DNA of 64,000 bases from Octopus bimaculoides. Taxonomy: Eukaryota. The stretch's first letter is position 1, and every line of letters begins with the position of its first letter. A model generated the notes under the pieces. That model was given only the letters and a program-made list of their open reading frames with translations, made no database searches and had not been told where the DNA came from. A program made the position numbers and the translations under genes. Below are positions 12,880 through 25,544 of this stretch, one piece after another. Location: assembly GCF_001194135.2 (NCBI RefSeq), contig NC_068982.1, positions 50,263,814 to 50,327,813 on the forward strand, in the 5' to 3' direction.

Positions 12880-12992
12880 TGCAATACCATATGATAGAAG
12901 AACGGATACCCCAAAAAATTGAAGAAAAAACTAAAAAAATACCAGGATCTAAAGAGAGAGATGAAGAGATTGAGGAAGACAAAGACGACAGT
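12880..12992 (+). mobile_element. RLE-type (R4/Dong-like) non-LTR C-terminal fragment
   Basis: KKYQDLKREMKRLRKTKTTV resembles the KxxKYxDL..W..K..V motif of restriction-like endonuclease domains. Confidence 0.5.
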
Positions 12993-13000
12993 CAATAATA

Positions 13001-13047
<47 letters not shown>

Positions 13048-13059
13048 AATAATAATAAG

Positions 13060-13620
13060 TGCCCTGATGCATTGCCAGGCACTGGTTCTCATGGCTTCTG
13101 ATCTTAACTGATTGGAAGTGTTATCATGTACATTATTTTATCTTGGTATAAAAGATGGGCTGCAGCAAATATTCTGCTAAACACCACAGATTTGCTTGTC
13201 AGTTGTTTGACCTTAACCAGTTGAGCATGTCCCTTAGTGGCTGACGATATATGCATCTCTGATCACGAGCAGGAGTAGTAGGGGAGCATCATAACCATGT
13301 GCTGAGAGGAATTTTGGGGAGTTTGAATAATTCACCTCTGGAAACAGGGGTGTTTTGTTCACATCCTTAGACAACCCTTATTCAAGGACCATTTGAACGG
13401 GATGGACTACTCAACCTAAAGAAGATTCTAACTGGGTTCCGCCTGCAATGTCATGCACTGTTTATCTTGATATGAGGTCACCATATCGCCCATATATGCT
13501 TGTGATGCATGTGCCTGGTGTACCCTTATCAGACGGGTAGTTATGATGGGTATATTGGGCTTCGTATATTTTGCTCCAGTGTCACTTTGATGGCATGAAC
13601 TGCTCTGCGCTGCTCTCTCA
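13060..13620. repeat. Unclassified dispersed repeat (inverted partial copy at 58230-58390)
   Basis: CCACAGATTTGCTTGTCAG..GACCTTAACCAGTTGAGCATGTCC matches the reverse complement near 58310-58390. Confidence 0.6.
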
Positions 13621-13639
13621 ATAATAATAATAATAATGA

Positions 13640-13855
13640 TCTCAAATTTTGGCACAAGGCCAGCAAATTTAGAAAAAGGGGCTAGTCGATTACATCAACT
13701 CCAGTACTTTACTGGTACTTATTTTATCGACTTCATAAGGATGAAAGGCAAAGTCAACCTCGGCGGAATTAGAACTCAGAACGAAAAGTCGGGCTGAGCA
13801 CCGCTAAGCATTTTGTCCGGCGTGCTAACAACTCTGTCAGCTCGCCGCCTTATTA
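13640..13855 (-). mobile_element. SINE S3
   Basis: Full-length match to the S3 consensus, between (TAA)n tracts. Confidence 0.75.
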
Positions 13856-13866
13856 ATAATATTATT

Positions 13867-13899
<33 letters not shown>

Positions 13900-13904
13900 T
13901 AATT

Positions 13905-14495
13905 CGTTTTATTGGCCACAAGGGCTAATATCAATTAAAAACATATAAGGACAAAGACAGGACGAAGGTTACAAAAGGTTTTGTCCGAGAAGGTAGGAAA
14001 GTTCGTCTAAACAGAGGAAGAAAACGGAGAAAGATATAATAAATAAATAGATAAATAAATAGATAAATAAATAAGTAGAACTCCCAAAGGGGGAGGCGCT
14101 TCGAAAAAGGAAAGGTTACACGTGGAAAAACCCATAGAACCACGGGAGCCTGGTCAGAAAAAATAAGAAAGGGGTATAGAGCCCTTTCTCCTTTTACATT
14201 ACCTTTTTTTTTTTTTTCTACAGGTGTATTCTCAGAATTGGTCCGTTTATACTGGCCATTTTTCCAACAGTCACCCATCTTTCAACGAATTTGCTATGAG
14301 ACAGCACTTCCCTCTCTACTCTCATCTTCCTTTTCAAGTGGAACTTGAAAAAGTTGATGAGGCCTTGGCCAAAGAGGAAAGTGTCTGTCTTTAACCCTTT
14401 CAAACGGGTCCACCATATCACCTCTTTCGCTACAGCCCCTAGGCATAGGAAAATTGCCTTGCCCTCCTGGTTAAAGGAGGTCGGCGGGTCAATTC
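13905..14495 (-). mobile_element. L1/Tx1-like LINE 3' end (ORF2 C-terminus plus 3'UTR)
   Basis: RIDPP..KAIFLCLGAVAKEVIWWTRLKG..FFKFHLKRKMRVEREVLS..FVERWV; AATAAA followed by (ATT)n tail. Confidence 0.65.
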
Positions 14496-14529
14496 TCACG
14501 ATGGATCCAGCTGATAGCCGGATCCGTCC

Positions 14530-15720
14530 TACACGTGACAGAGGAAGATTTGAAAGAAGCTAGGGAACAGAAATGCCAAATTGGCAAACAATGAGAGCGG
14601 TTGAGAAAGGACAGTGGTATAAGAACTTGGGAATACTGGAAGCAGATGAAATTAAAAAATGACGAAATGAAACAAATTACCAGTAGGGAGTATACAAGGG
14701 AAATGAGTAAATGTTTGCAGTCAAAGTTGAATTCAAAAGCTCTTATTGAAGCCATAAATTCAAGAGCAGTATCTTTAATCAGATATGGTGTTGGAATTAT
14801 AGACTGGACCAAAAACGATATAAAGAAACTTGACAGAAAAACTAGAAAGTTGTTGACATTGTATGGAGCCCACCACACGAAAGCTGATATCAACCGGCTG
14901 TACTTGAGGAGAGACCAGGGTTGAAGAGGCTTACTAACTGTAGCAGAATGTGTACAGATGGAAAGAAAGAGCCTAGCAGAGTATTTACAGAGCAGCAAAG
15001 AAAAACTGCTAGATAGTGAATAAAGAATAGGTGATCAAGCACATAGGGCAAGAATGAAATACGAAGCGAGCACGTCAGACATATTAAAGAGAAACCTCTG
15101 CATGACCAGTTTTGGAGCGCCACTAAATATGTATGTGGAATAAAATCCTGAGCTTGGTTAAAAAAGGGGCAATTAAAAAAAGAAACAGAGAGCCTAATTG
15201 TAGCAGCCTAAGATCAAGCGATAAAATCAAATAACTTGAGAGAAAATATATATACGGTGAGAATGTGTCAGAAGAATGTAGAGCCAGTAGAACTTGGAAC
15301 GAGACAATGGCACAGGTTGTGACAGAATGCTCCAAGTTGGCTCAGGAAGAATAAAAGAAATGGAGGCACGACCAGGGTGTAAGAGTTTTACCCTGGAAAC
15401 TTTGCCAGAAATGGGGACTTGAAGCTGGAAACACATGGTACAATCATTGGGTCGAAAGAGTACTGGAGTCGGAAAAATGTAAGATTTTGTGAGACTTTCC
15501 TATTCAAACGGACAAGAAGTTAGAAAATAATGAACTGGACATAACAATTATAGATAAGGAAAAGCGAAGATGCTTCCTTATTAACCAATCATGACTGTTT
15601 GATTTCAGGAGCAAAAAGAGGATAAAAAGCAAAAATATAAAATCCTTTAAAATTTGAAATAGGAAGAATTTGGAGTATGAGAATTGTCAAGGTCGTGCCT
15701 ATAATAATTGAAACACATAA
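14530..15720 (+). mobile_element. R4/Dong-clade non-LTR retrotransposon pseudogene (RT end, CCHC region, RLE)
   Basis: YKNLGILE..KLNSKALIEAINSRAVSLIRYGVGIIDW..DRKTRKLLT..HHTKADINRLYL..ETESLIVAA*DQAI..RHDQ..DFPIQTD..VVPIII; several stops/frameshifts. Confidence 0.85.
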
Positions 15721-16024
15721 AAATATAGAAATACAAAAATATATGAATGCTAAAAATATACACGGACATATAGATATATAGATATGTAAACATAATAATA
15801 ATAGAATATAGATAAAAATAATGAAATATAGAAAAAAGACGTTTTTTTATTTTAAATTTAGAATATAATATAAAGTAATAGACATGAAAAAGTTTTAGGT
15901 AACATGCTAGAGGAAAATATGGTGTTCCAACGATCGTTTCAGGAGTAAATTCGTGCAGAGTACATATGAGTCTTAAGATTCATTTCCACCATCAGGGAAA
16001 AATAGTGTTTACGCTAGATTTGGA

Positions 16025-17260
16025 TCTAGTCCCTTTGATTTGTTATAGCCCACAAGGGGCGAACATAGAAGGGATAATACAAAGACATGCGTGGACACAA
16101 AATAATTGAGAAAAAGGAAGCGTATGATAAAACATGAATGACAATGAAAATGAAAAATGACAATAAAGTTACTCGCCCCACTCCAAGTAACTTCACTTAC
16201 TTCCTTCTACTTTGTACACTGTTCCTTTTAAAATGTCTATTTTTCTCCTTTTTGTGTGATCCGCGTATAATATTTCCTCCGGCAAATTGCTTATATTTAT
16301 GTTCCCCTTCCACTCCGTGAACCCACCATTATATTTTTCCAGTCTTCCTTTTGCTTTTCTGACATTAACACGCACGAGTGCCACCCATTAATGTTCACAT
16401 CTCCTTTAAAAATCAACCAACGCTGAGCCTTCCATACACACTGCTTCTCGTATCAGTTCCTTACTTACACCTTTGATCAACATACACGCAACACAACTTT
16501 CTTCCTTGTCTGGAGGAAAAGTAGTTTGGGGGTTCCTGTGTGTCAGCGTTTTTCTCTATTGTGTTTGTGTCGTTGGAGAGTGGTTGGGTCTGGTGTCAGC
16601 AGGTGGAAGGGAGGTTGAGAAGATGTGGGTGGGTGGGTATGGGTTTTATCTCTGTTTTCTTCTGTTATTTCTTTACCTCTTTCTTTTTCTTCAATTCTCT
16701 ACAATTTTCCATGCTACATCATCTTTCGCCTCCTCTGTTGGCACATCCTTCTCTGCTGTTACTTCCTGTGTTCTTTCTTGCTTCTTCTCCGTCGGTGAAG
16801 GGCAGTCCGCTCTGATGTGGCCCTTTAGGCTACATTCGAAGCATCGAGGGATTCTGCCCTCCACCCTGACTCTCAATACCGTATCTCCGATCGTTATCGT
16901 CTCCACCATTTTCTCTATGCTCTCTACTGATCCTTGAATAATTAACTCCAGCGTCTACCCCTTCCAATTCACTGCTTCTGTTTTAGTGGCCTGGAGGACT
17001 GCTATTTCCTTCTCATTGCCTAGGAGAACAGCACCCGCTACTCAGGCCACGTCAATTTCCGGCGGAATTCCTTCTACCCTCACCCTGAAAGCTCTCCTTC
17101 TAAGGAACGTGGGTAGAAGTACCACACTTTCTGTTTTCAACGGGGTCACCGAAATTTGCTTTGTCTTGGTTGCCTCTCTGAAGCGAACATCCACCGTGCC
17201 ATATCTGTTTCCTCTCTTGCCAGACAGGTCTTAGTGCCTTTTCTATCTTTTCAATTGCCA
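16025..17260 (-). mobile_element. L1/Tx1-like element: gag-like ORF1 pseudogene with zinc knuckle joined to a LINE-type 3' end
   Basis: CFECSLKGHIRADC (CX2CX4HX4C); upstream RVRVEGIPPEI; 3' end CCTTGTGG(G/C)C shared with the 13905 element. Confidence 0.65.
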
Positions 17261-17287
17261 TTACTTCTATTGTCTTTTCCTCTATGG

Positions 17288-17447
17288 AAGCTAAAGATCA
17301 GCGAAAAAGAAACTACCTACGCTAAACTATTGAGAAATTTGCAGTTACTCTGTCCAGATTACAAATTCAGGTTTATACCTGCAACTATTGGGGCACACTG
17401 CCTAAATACAGATCTTGAGAAATTAGGCTCTCAAAACCAGAAAGGAA
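17288..17447 (+). mobile_element. RLE-type LINE 3' fragment
   Basis: KLKISEKETTYAKLLRNLQLLCPDYKFRFIPATIGA. Confidence 0.7.
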
Positions 17448-17473
17448 ATTTATGCAGTAGTGATATAACGAAG

Positions 17474-17689
17474 TAGTTGTACGCTGTCAACTTAATGTGA
17501 CAGTCCCCTGAAGGGAATAATACTACTGCTGGTTAGACTTGCTGTTGGCATCGCTTCCTGTCGACCTTGACATAAGGACGCAGGAAATATGTCAAGGCCG
17601 ACAGGAAGCGGTGCAGCTTCCTAGGTCTAACCAACAGTAGTATTATTTCCTTCAGGGGACTGTCACATTAAGTTGACAGCGTACAACTA
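17474..17689. mobile_element. Palindromic MITE (216 bp including terminal TA)
   Basis: 65-bp arms 17474-17538 and 17625-17689 (2 mismatches); inner 22-bp stem 17553-17574 and 17588-17609; 13-nt loop. Confidence 0.8.
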
Positions 17690-17820
17690 TATTTATATAT
17701 TTCTAATATATCAATATATGTTTCAGATTGAACAATTCATATTTTATCTTAATTAAACCCGTATATGTATGTGTTAATCGTAGTCTGCCTGATTTGAACC
17801 TTTTCTATTGTATTTATTAT

Positions 17821-17853
<33 letters not shown>

Positions 17854-17939
17854 CATGCGTATGTATGTATGTATGTATGTATGTATGTATGTATGTATGT
17901 ATGTATGTATGTATGTGTGTGTATGTATACATATGTGCA

Positions 17940-18242
17940 GATCTGTATGTCTTGTCTTATGCATGTATTCTCATGCATATAGTTGCATATCTAGACATGC
18001 CCATATATACTTGAATGATAAACTTCTGGAAAGTTTTACAGATTTTTACAGTTCCAGTGATGGTTTGGATCTGTAGTCTTCGAATCGGCTTTCTCCTTTC
18101 TGGTTTTGAGAAGCCTAATTTCCCAAGATCTGTATTTAGGCAGTGTGCCCCAATAATTGCAGGTATAAACCTGAATTTGTAATGTGGATAGAGTAACTGC
18201 AAATTTCTCAATAGTAGTTACTTTTTCGCTGATCTTTAGTTT
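17940..18242 (-). mobile_element. RLE-type LINE 3' end (inverted copy of 17288-17447, longer)
   Basis: RNLQLLYPHYKFRFIPAIIGAHCLNTDLGKLGFSKPERRKPIRRLQIQTITGTVKICKTF. Confidence 0.75.
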
Positions 18243-19080
18243 ATGGCGTGTATGTATGTATGTATGTATGTATGTATGTATGTATAAATGTATGTATGTA
18301 TGTTTGTATATATGAATATACGTATGCATGTATACGTGTATATATGTATGCATGAATGTATGTATATATGTATGTATGAATGTGTGTATGCATTATGTAT
18401 GCCTGTATATATGTACGTATGTATGTATGTATGTATATATGTATGTGTGTATGTATGTATGTATGTAAGGTAGAAGGTACGTATATATATATACATACGA
18501 GAAATGGTTTAAATGTGCGTTTTTAAGTGCGTGTGCTTGAATGCTGTAACATAACGGTTTATTCTTCCAATGAAGAAGTGATCTTGGCTAAAATTAGTAT
18601 TAATAAAATGTTGTTGGTGATATTTTTCCGTCTCAAATTCGCATTAGAACATTAGAATATTAGAATATCAGAGGACATTAGAAGCAATAAAATCTAATAT
18701 GGCACTTAATATGATTAATGTGAATGAAACACGGCAAAGAGTAAGTTTTTGGTACAGTATAAATTTCAAAAAAAAAAAAAGCAAAAAAAAAAACCACAAA
18801 TACAGTAGAGAACCACAGATTTAACCTTATTATTATTATTATTCTCATCATCATCATCATCATCATAAACATCATTATCGTCATCATCATCACCATCATC
18901 ATCATCATTATTGTTATTTTCTTTAAACATCCCGGGGGTGTACAGACGAATTATTCGTTTATTCTGATGAAAACTTGTTCCTAATTTCACTTCACACACA
19001 CACACACACACACGCAAATGTATGTATGTATGTATGTATGTATGTATGTATGTATGTATGTATGTATGTATGTATGTATG

Positions 19081-19762
19081 GGATCTTTCTGATTTGGCGG
19101 GCGCCATTCTTTATTTATGTTTTATTTGGTGTGTTTTCTACCGAAACACTTTAAAACTTCATATACTTGTATATTTTGTCTTATAGAACAGGGAAAAATT
19201 TTTATATTCGAAATTATTTCATGTTAAAAGTTGTCGCATTTCGGTAATTTCAACCAATCACTGAGGTCTATTGAGGTGAAAACAATCACTGCTGTGGAAT
19301 GTAAACAATACATTCTAGCGGTGTAATGGGATCTTTTCCCTTGAATAAAATTAGAGTATTTTACTCATAACCCTAACCCTAACCCTAACTCTAAAACCCG
19401 AACCCGAAACCTAAAACCCTAAAGCTAAAACCAGTACAAACGCACGAACGATGTCATAAATAACAGTACCGCCGATAGTTGTTGTTGACAAACAACGGCA
19501 CTAATTTTATTCAAGGGAAAAGATCCCCTTACACCGCTAGAATGTGTTGTTTACATTCCACAGCAGTAATTGTTTTCACCTCAGCGATTGGTTGAAATTA
19601 CCGAAATACGACAATTTTAACATGAAATAACTTTAAAAAGATAAAATTTTCTCAATAACACTAAGAGTAAAAGATGTTTTATATGACACATTCTTCCAGT
19701 GTCCCAAGTTTGAAAGTGTTTCGTTAAGAAAACAAGTAGCACCCGGCAAATCAGAAAGATCC
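19081..19762. mobile_element. MITE (second subfamily) with GGATC TIRs, internal inverted arms and telomeric core
   Basis: TIR GGATCTTTCTGATTTG(G/C)CGGG; flanked by TATGTATG on both sides; inverted arms about 19205-19355 and 19500-19630; (TAACCC)3 at 19368; right part homologous to 2690-2770. Confidence 0.85.
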
Positions 19763-19809
19763 TATGTATGTATGTATGTATGTATGTATGTATGTATGCA
19801 TGTATGAGT

Positions 19810-20185
19810 GGAGCCGCAATGGCCCACTTGTTAGGGTAGCGGACACGCGGTCGTAGGATCGTGGTTTCGATCCCCAGACCGGGCGTTGTGAGTGTTTATT
19901 CAGCGAAAACACCAAAAGCTCCACGAGGCTCCGGCAGGTAGTGGGGGTGTCGGACCCTGCCGTACTCTTTCACCACAACTTCTCTCACTCTTTCTTCTGT
20001 TTTCTTGTTGTACCTGTATTTCAAAGGGCCAGCCTTGTCACACTGTCACACTGAATCTCCCCGAGAACTACGTTGATGTTACACGTATCTGTGGAGTGCT
20101 CAGTCATTTGCACGTTAATTTCACGACCAGACTGTTCCGTTGATCGGATCAACTGGAACCCTCTCCGTCGGTTACGACGACGTGT
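19810..20185 (+). mobile_element. tRNA-derived SINE S2, full length
   Basis: Head GCCGCAATGGCCCACTTGTTAGG..GGTTTCGATCCC (A/B-box-like) plus S2 body. Confidence 0.8.
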
Positions 20186-20229
20186 CACGATGTATGTATG
20201 TATGTATGTATGTATGTATGTATGTATGT

Positions 20230-20264
<35 letters not shown>

Positions 20265-20265
20265 C

Positions 20266-20311
<46 letters not shown>

Positions 20312-20399
20312 GTACACACACACATTTGTATAAATGACTTCCCATCTATCAATATTCATATAGCCACCATCCGTTGTAATAGTTCATAATTCACTTAGT

Positions 20400-20611
20400 A
20401 TATATATTCACTTAGTCGCCATGATATATCGCTAGCCACTATACATTCTTTATTTTCTCTCCTTGTTTCTTTCTGTGTTCTTTTCTGTGGAAGAGCGTAG
20501 GATCGAAACGTTAAAGACCTTTTCACTTCCCGAGCGTTAAACTAATACACCTGTTTGTTGTCTGCACCACCTGTCTTCGTCTTTTGTTGTTTTTTTTTTG
20601 TGAATTCTCCC

Positions 20612-20612
<1 letters not shown>
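20400..20612 (+). mobile_element. Penelope-tail-like repeat with hammerhead-like motif
   Basis: Homologous to 10115-10295; ends at (TG)n. Confidence 0.6.
20481..20516 (+). ncRNA. Minimal hammerhead-like motif with CUGUGGA core
   Basis: UUUU-CUGUGGA-A-GAGC-GUAG-GAUC-GAAA-CG-UU-AAAG (one stem II mismatch). Confidence 0.5.
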
Positions 20613-20649
<37 letters not shown>

Positions 20650-20650
<1 letters not shown>

Positions 20651-20860
20651 ATGCGCGCGTATTTGTTTGTTGCCCCACTTTGGCAAGCAGTTCTAGTGTG
20701 CTTACGTGCCTGTAACGCACCAGTTCGGCAAAACAGACCGATAGACTAGGTACCAAGCTTCAGAAAAGTAAGAAAAGTCGATACAGAATGGCTAAAAGTT
20801 GTTGAAAGCGGTGCCCTCGGCCGCTATTTTATGAGTGAAACATGTAAAAGATAAAAGATA
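20650..20860. mobile_element. SINE-like repeat S1 (diverged)
   Basis: Partial S1 consensus match. Confidence 0.6.
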
Positions 20861-22146
20861 AAAGGTGACTGAGGAAAGAAAACTCCGAATGACCCGTCCT
20901 TGTTTTCTTTGTATCGTCTGTCTGGATGTTTTGCTGTCTTTTTTAGTATCACCTAACTGTCTGGATGTTTTGCGTTCTTGTCCCATTTTTGTATTTTATA
21001 TTTATATGAGTGTGTATGTATGTGAATATGTCATTGAAAGACTCCGACACGGTGCGAAAAAGCGGATTTTTATTTTTCGAAATCTGCATCCAAACGGTAA
21101 GGCATTCGGTTATAGTTAATCAAATAATCTAAATTTTTCTCTAAGATATAATATTTTATATGGAATGCTCACTGTATTTTAAACATTAATTAACTATATA
21201 CGTATGAATGTATTTCTGTGTTTTTGTTTCCACCGACTCAATGCTTGTGATATAACTTTTGCCTTGTAAGATAGTAGTTCAACAAATTGTATCCGATTAA
21301 AGAATTACCGAACTGGGGTTGATTTGAAGATGGTGCTCTAGAATGGCCAAAGTTCAATGAGTGAAACCACTAAAGAAATTAATATAAGTTCGCCATGTCA
21401 GATCATTAGAGATTGTGAGGTCTAAACATCTGCAGCGACTTTGGTGATTTTTAGATGCGCATTTCTTAAACGAAAGGGCATGTAACCGCATTTGTAAAGT
21501 TGCTGTGCACGAATTCTTTGTTATGTGACTATAGTCGCTAGCAAAGAAATACTTACATTTCACTTGAACGAATTCTGATGGCTAATTTAGCAAGTTGATG
21601 GCTCTAGAAAGCTGCACATAATACTCAACAGAGAAAGAAGAAACTTAACATATGGAGACTTCAAAATAGCGTTTCATGAATTTATTTTTAGAAAAGACAA
21701 AAGATGAGGGGAAAAAAAAGAAGAGACGAAATTTGAAGTTAAAGTGCCTTTTCTTTAAATACGGCTACATTTTTTGACATTTAAAAAAATTATTTTCTTT
21801 TTTTTTTCTTTCATATATTAATAACAGTTAGTATTGAGTAAGGTGGGGTTAAAGTCATGGTAAAATAGTTATAGAATACAGTTGGGTGTAGAATTGGGAG
21901 TAGAGTTGGTAATATATAATATATTTTGTCTTTGTTCGCTGTCTTTGTAAATGAAATGGTTTGAATGGGTGGTCTTGTGGCGACAAAAACGGATCTTTAA
22001 CATCTAAACAAATCTAATCGTTGTGTCTTAGGAGGAAACATTCAAAATATATTGACACAGCAATTATAGTACAAGATTGTGAAATAAATAATTTATTCAA
22101 GAAAGTGCAAGAGGAAAATAATAAATCATCATCATCATCATCATCT

Positions 22147-22188
<42 letters not shown>

Positions 22189-22194
22189 CAAAAT

Positions 22195-22660
22195 TCGGTG
22201 AAAGGCGGCGAGCTGGCAGAAACGTTAGCACGCCGGGCGAAATGCTTAGCAGTATTTCGTCTGCCGTTACGTTCTGAGTTCAAATTCCGCCGAGGTCGAC
22301 TTTGCCTTTCATCCTATCGGGGTCGATAAACTAAGTACCAGTTACGCACTGGGGTCGGTGTAATCGGCTGATCTGCTCCCAATAAATTTTCTGGTTTCAG
22401 GATTAGAGTAGAAAAGAACTATTGCTATTACTAATTATATGAAAGGTGATGAGGTGGCAGAATCGCTAGCACGCCGGGAAAAATGCTTAGCGACATTACG
22501 TCTGCCTTGACATTCTAAGTTCAAATTCCGCCGATGTCGATTTTGACATTTACCCTTTCAGTACTGGGTTCAATGTAATCGACTAACCCGACTAAAATTT
22601 GAGGCCTTGTGCCTTAATCGACAATCCCCCTCCCTCAAAGTTTTAAGCCTTGTGTCTATA
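22195..22660 (+). mobile_element. Two tandem SINE S3 copies
   Basis: GGCGGCGAGCTGGCAGAAACGTTAGCACGCCGGG head and GAGTTCAAATTCC B-box, each present twice. Confidence 0.8.
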
Positions 22661-22862
22661 GTAGTAAGGATTATTAATTATATGAGCTGTGAAACGAAAG
22701 GGGGTTCCATTCCGTGGAATATGAAGATAGCAAAACATTATATTCGTACTGACAATGCCAACTTGAGAAATCTGGAAATTTTCATGATATATTACGTTTC
22801 TCTATAGATCATTCTGCTCTCTTGTTCCGCCGTAACTTTAGAAATGAGAAGTCAACTATTAA

Positions 22863-23640
22863 CCCTGAGTTAGTCACATAAGATGTTTTATTACCCACAA
22901 AATTTTTTAAGTACTCCTAATTCTTTGTAGGCAACTTGTTTCTTGTGCTCCCTCCCACAATTCTCCTGATTCAGTGAGGATGTGTAACAGGCGGCGTAGC
23001 TCAATTTTATGGAGAACACTTTGAAGAGGAGAATCTAGATCATCCGCCAGCAAACAAATCTCGGAGCTGTTATTGCAATACTGCTGTGTTGACCTCAGCT
23101 GCAACAATCTCTACAACCTCACAGCCAAGCAAAGAGATGTGCATTTTGTGTCAGCTCAAAGGATCGAAAGGTGGAAACAGTGTGAAGCGCTTGCGGTAAA
23201 CATGTTTGCAGTAATCATAGTAACATAATTGTGACTTGCATAAATTACAAGAATGTAGTAACCGGTGGCGAATCGGTAATGGTTATATAATGAGCTCACA
23301 TTTTTTTTTTTTTTTTCATTTCAATTCAAAGAAATATATTGTAGCTATTTTTTATGAATAAAACTTTTCTCTATTATTATATTGGGGTGTTTCATCTACT
23401 TTTTACAAGACAGTTATGCAGCAAATTTATTACAATTTTCCTTTCAATGAATAATTATATCTTCAGTTCAAGTTTTGCTTTAATGTAAATTGTAACGGAG
23501 ATTGTCTGTTATGTAATTATTTTCAGCAGTATGACAATATTTTACATAATCGTAAAACTAGAAGCATTTTTGTTTTGGGCTGTGTAAAAACACCCCAGGG
23601 GACTATCCATTTTCAGGAATCCGAGGTGACTAACGCACGG
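22863..23640 (+). mobile_element. Internally deleted piggyBac element retaining the C-terminal cysteine-rich domain
   Basis: TTAA at 22859-22862 and 23641-23644; TIRs CC(C/G)TG(A/C)GTTAGTCAC (13/15 match); 23132-23250 reads KRCAFC..KDRKVETV*SACGKHVCSNH..TC. Confidence 0.8.
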
Positions 23641-25544
23641 TTAAGTGTTATATATGCATACACAAATTGCGTTCATGTATATATAAGTGACTATGTATGA
23701 GCAAAAGATACAGAGGGAGATTTTTGTACACTTGGTTATTTTGTGTGTATGTGTGTATATCGGTATGATACTGTATATACTATTTGTATATACATGAAGT
23801 CCGTGCGTGTATAAATGCATAGATTATATAAAAAATTCTTGAATATTATTTTCATTGTTTGTGAAAACAACTTTTGGTCATCGACCAAGTGACTCTTTTT
23901 CTGGTGGACTTAGCAACGATTATGTTAAATCAAGTTATGAAACGTTTAATATCTTTACATGGTCTTCTGAAAAATATAATTTGAACGAATGGATAAATTT
24001 TCTTTCATTTTTGTGAAACGTAACTTTTCCAGAATTGATTTTTCAGATAGTGAGTCGAATACTAACTAGATAATATCAACTGTCTTGCCATAGGCTTCTA
24101 CGTTGAATGCATAGGAATTGAAGATATAAAAATAGTAACCAAATCTCTCTTAGAACGCATCCTACTGTCTTGATACTAGAAGAATACATTGGATGATGCT
24201 GACCGAGTTAGGCGAAACCTGAAAAAGAAAAAAAGTAAAAAGACGGAATGTCCATAGCTGTAACGCCTTTGGTTATAAATATTATCGATCAGAAATGCTC
24301 TAAAGCCAAACATCAACAACAATTTATAGCTAAAAATATAAACCTGCAAACGATTTAAATTGTTCACATTTGCTGCTAAAAGGACATTCTTGTACACACC
24401 AATTTTTCAGATGAGTCATCGAATAATATCATCAATTTTTGTGTCGTTTTGCTTTTTGGTCTGAAAGTTGTACCTAAAGGCCCTCCATGAACACTATAGT
24501 TTAAGAAGACCAGCGGTGGCCTGTGTTGGCAAGAATCAGTGCAATGCTTTCATTGAAGATGAATTATCCTGATAATAAATCACCTATAACTTAGTATGGA
24601 GACCTAAAGTCTGGCTGGAATATACAGCAATGTCAATCACAGAGAGCATGTGTTAGCTATAAATGACGCCGTTGCGACCACCCAGGTGGCAAGAACACAA
24701 ATAGTGGGTCAGATAGCGACAGTGGATCAGACGCAAAGTGATACTGGACAATAGGAGACATTAGAGTGAAGAAGAAAGGAGGAAATAGAGCTAACAGTTT
24801 AAATTAAACAGAACGAATATTTCTTCCTAGATTGTAATGAGAGTACTTTTAAAAAATTAAGTTTGAGGTGATATTTGATAAAATAACGACTGACACAAGT
24901 ATAAGAGTAAGTGTAAAAAAAAATATATATTTCTTCAATATCACATATACATACAACACATATACATTACACCCGCACTCATACGTATACACACATCTAC
25001 TCAAGACTAAAAACTTACACAGCTTGAAGTCCGATGATCAGATGTATCAATTCGAAGTAATGACGTCTCTATTAACTCATAGGTCAGGCAAAAAAGACTA
25101 CACTTCTTTTATAAGCAAACACCACCTGAAGTGATGAACACTAGATTTCCAGCCACCGAATAAGTGAGACTTGCACTGGTTTATTTCTCTCACATCTGGA
25201 ATGGTACTGCTGCTACATATACAGACATCAAAGACTACAACCAGTCACCCACAGACATGCTCCAGCCTCTGACTTACAGTTTTCCCGCCCCCTCTCTCTG
25301 CCTTTTCTGAAGCTACTTATAATAATCTTTATACTTCAGAGTCAGTTAGTCTAGTGACTCCTCCACTCAGACCTTCTCGACTCATTCGTCTCTCTTCCTC
25401 TCATCACCCTTGTTCTATCCACAACACCAGGTCATATACTAACCAATATGCCAAGTACTTCCTCCTTAGAACTTTAGCCTTCATTTGTTCATGTCTTTGT
25501 TGCAGATGTCGACACGCAACAGTTTATACGAACAATTCATCGGC

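Noticed and set aside
20865-20900. CTGAGGA..CTCCGAA hammerhead-like text
   Set aside because: Stem II does not pair and GAAA is incomplete; at best a heavily decayed copy.
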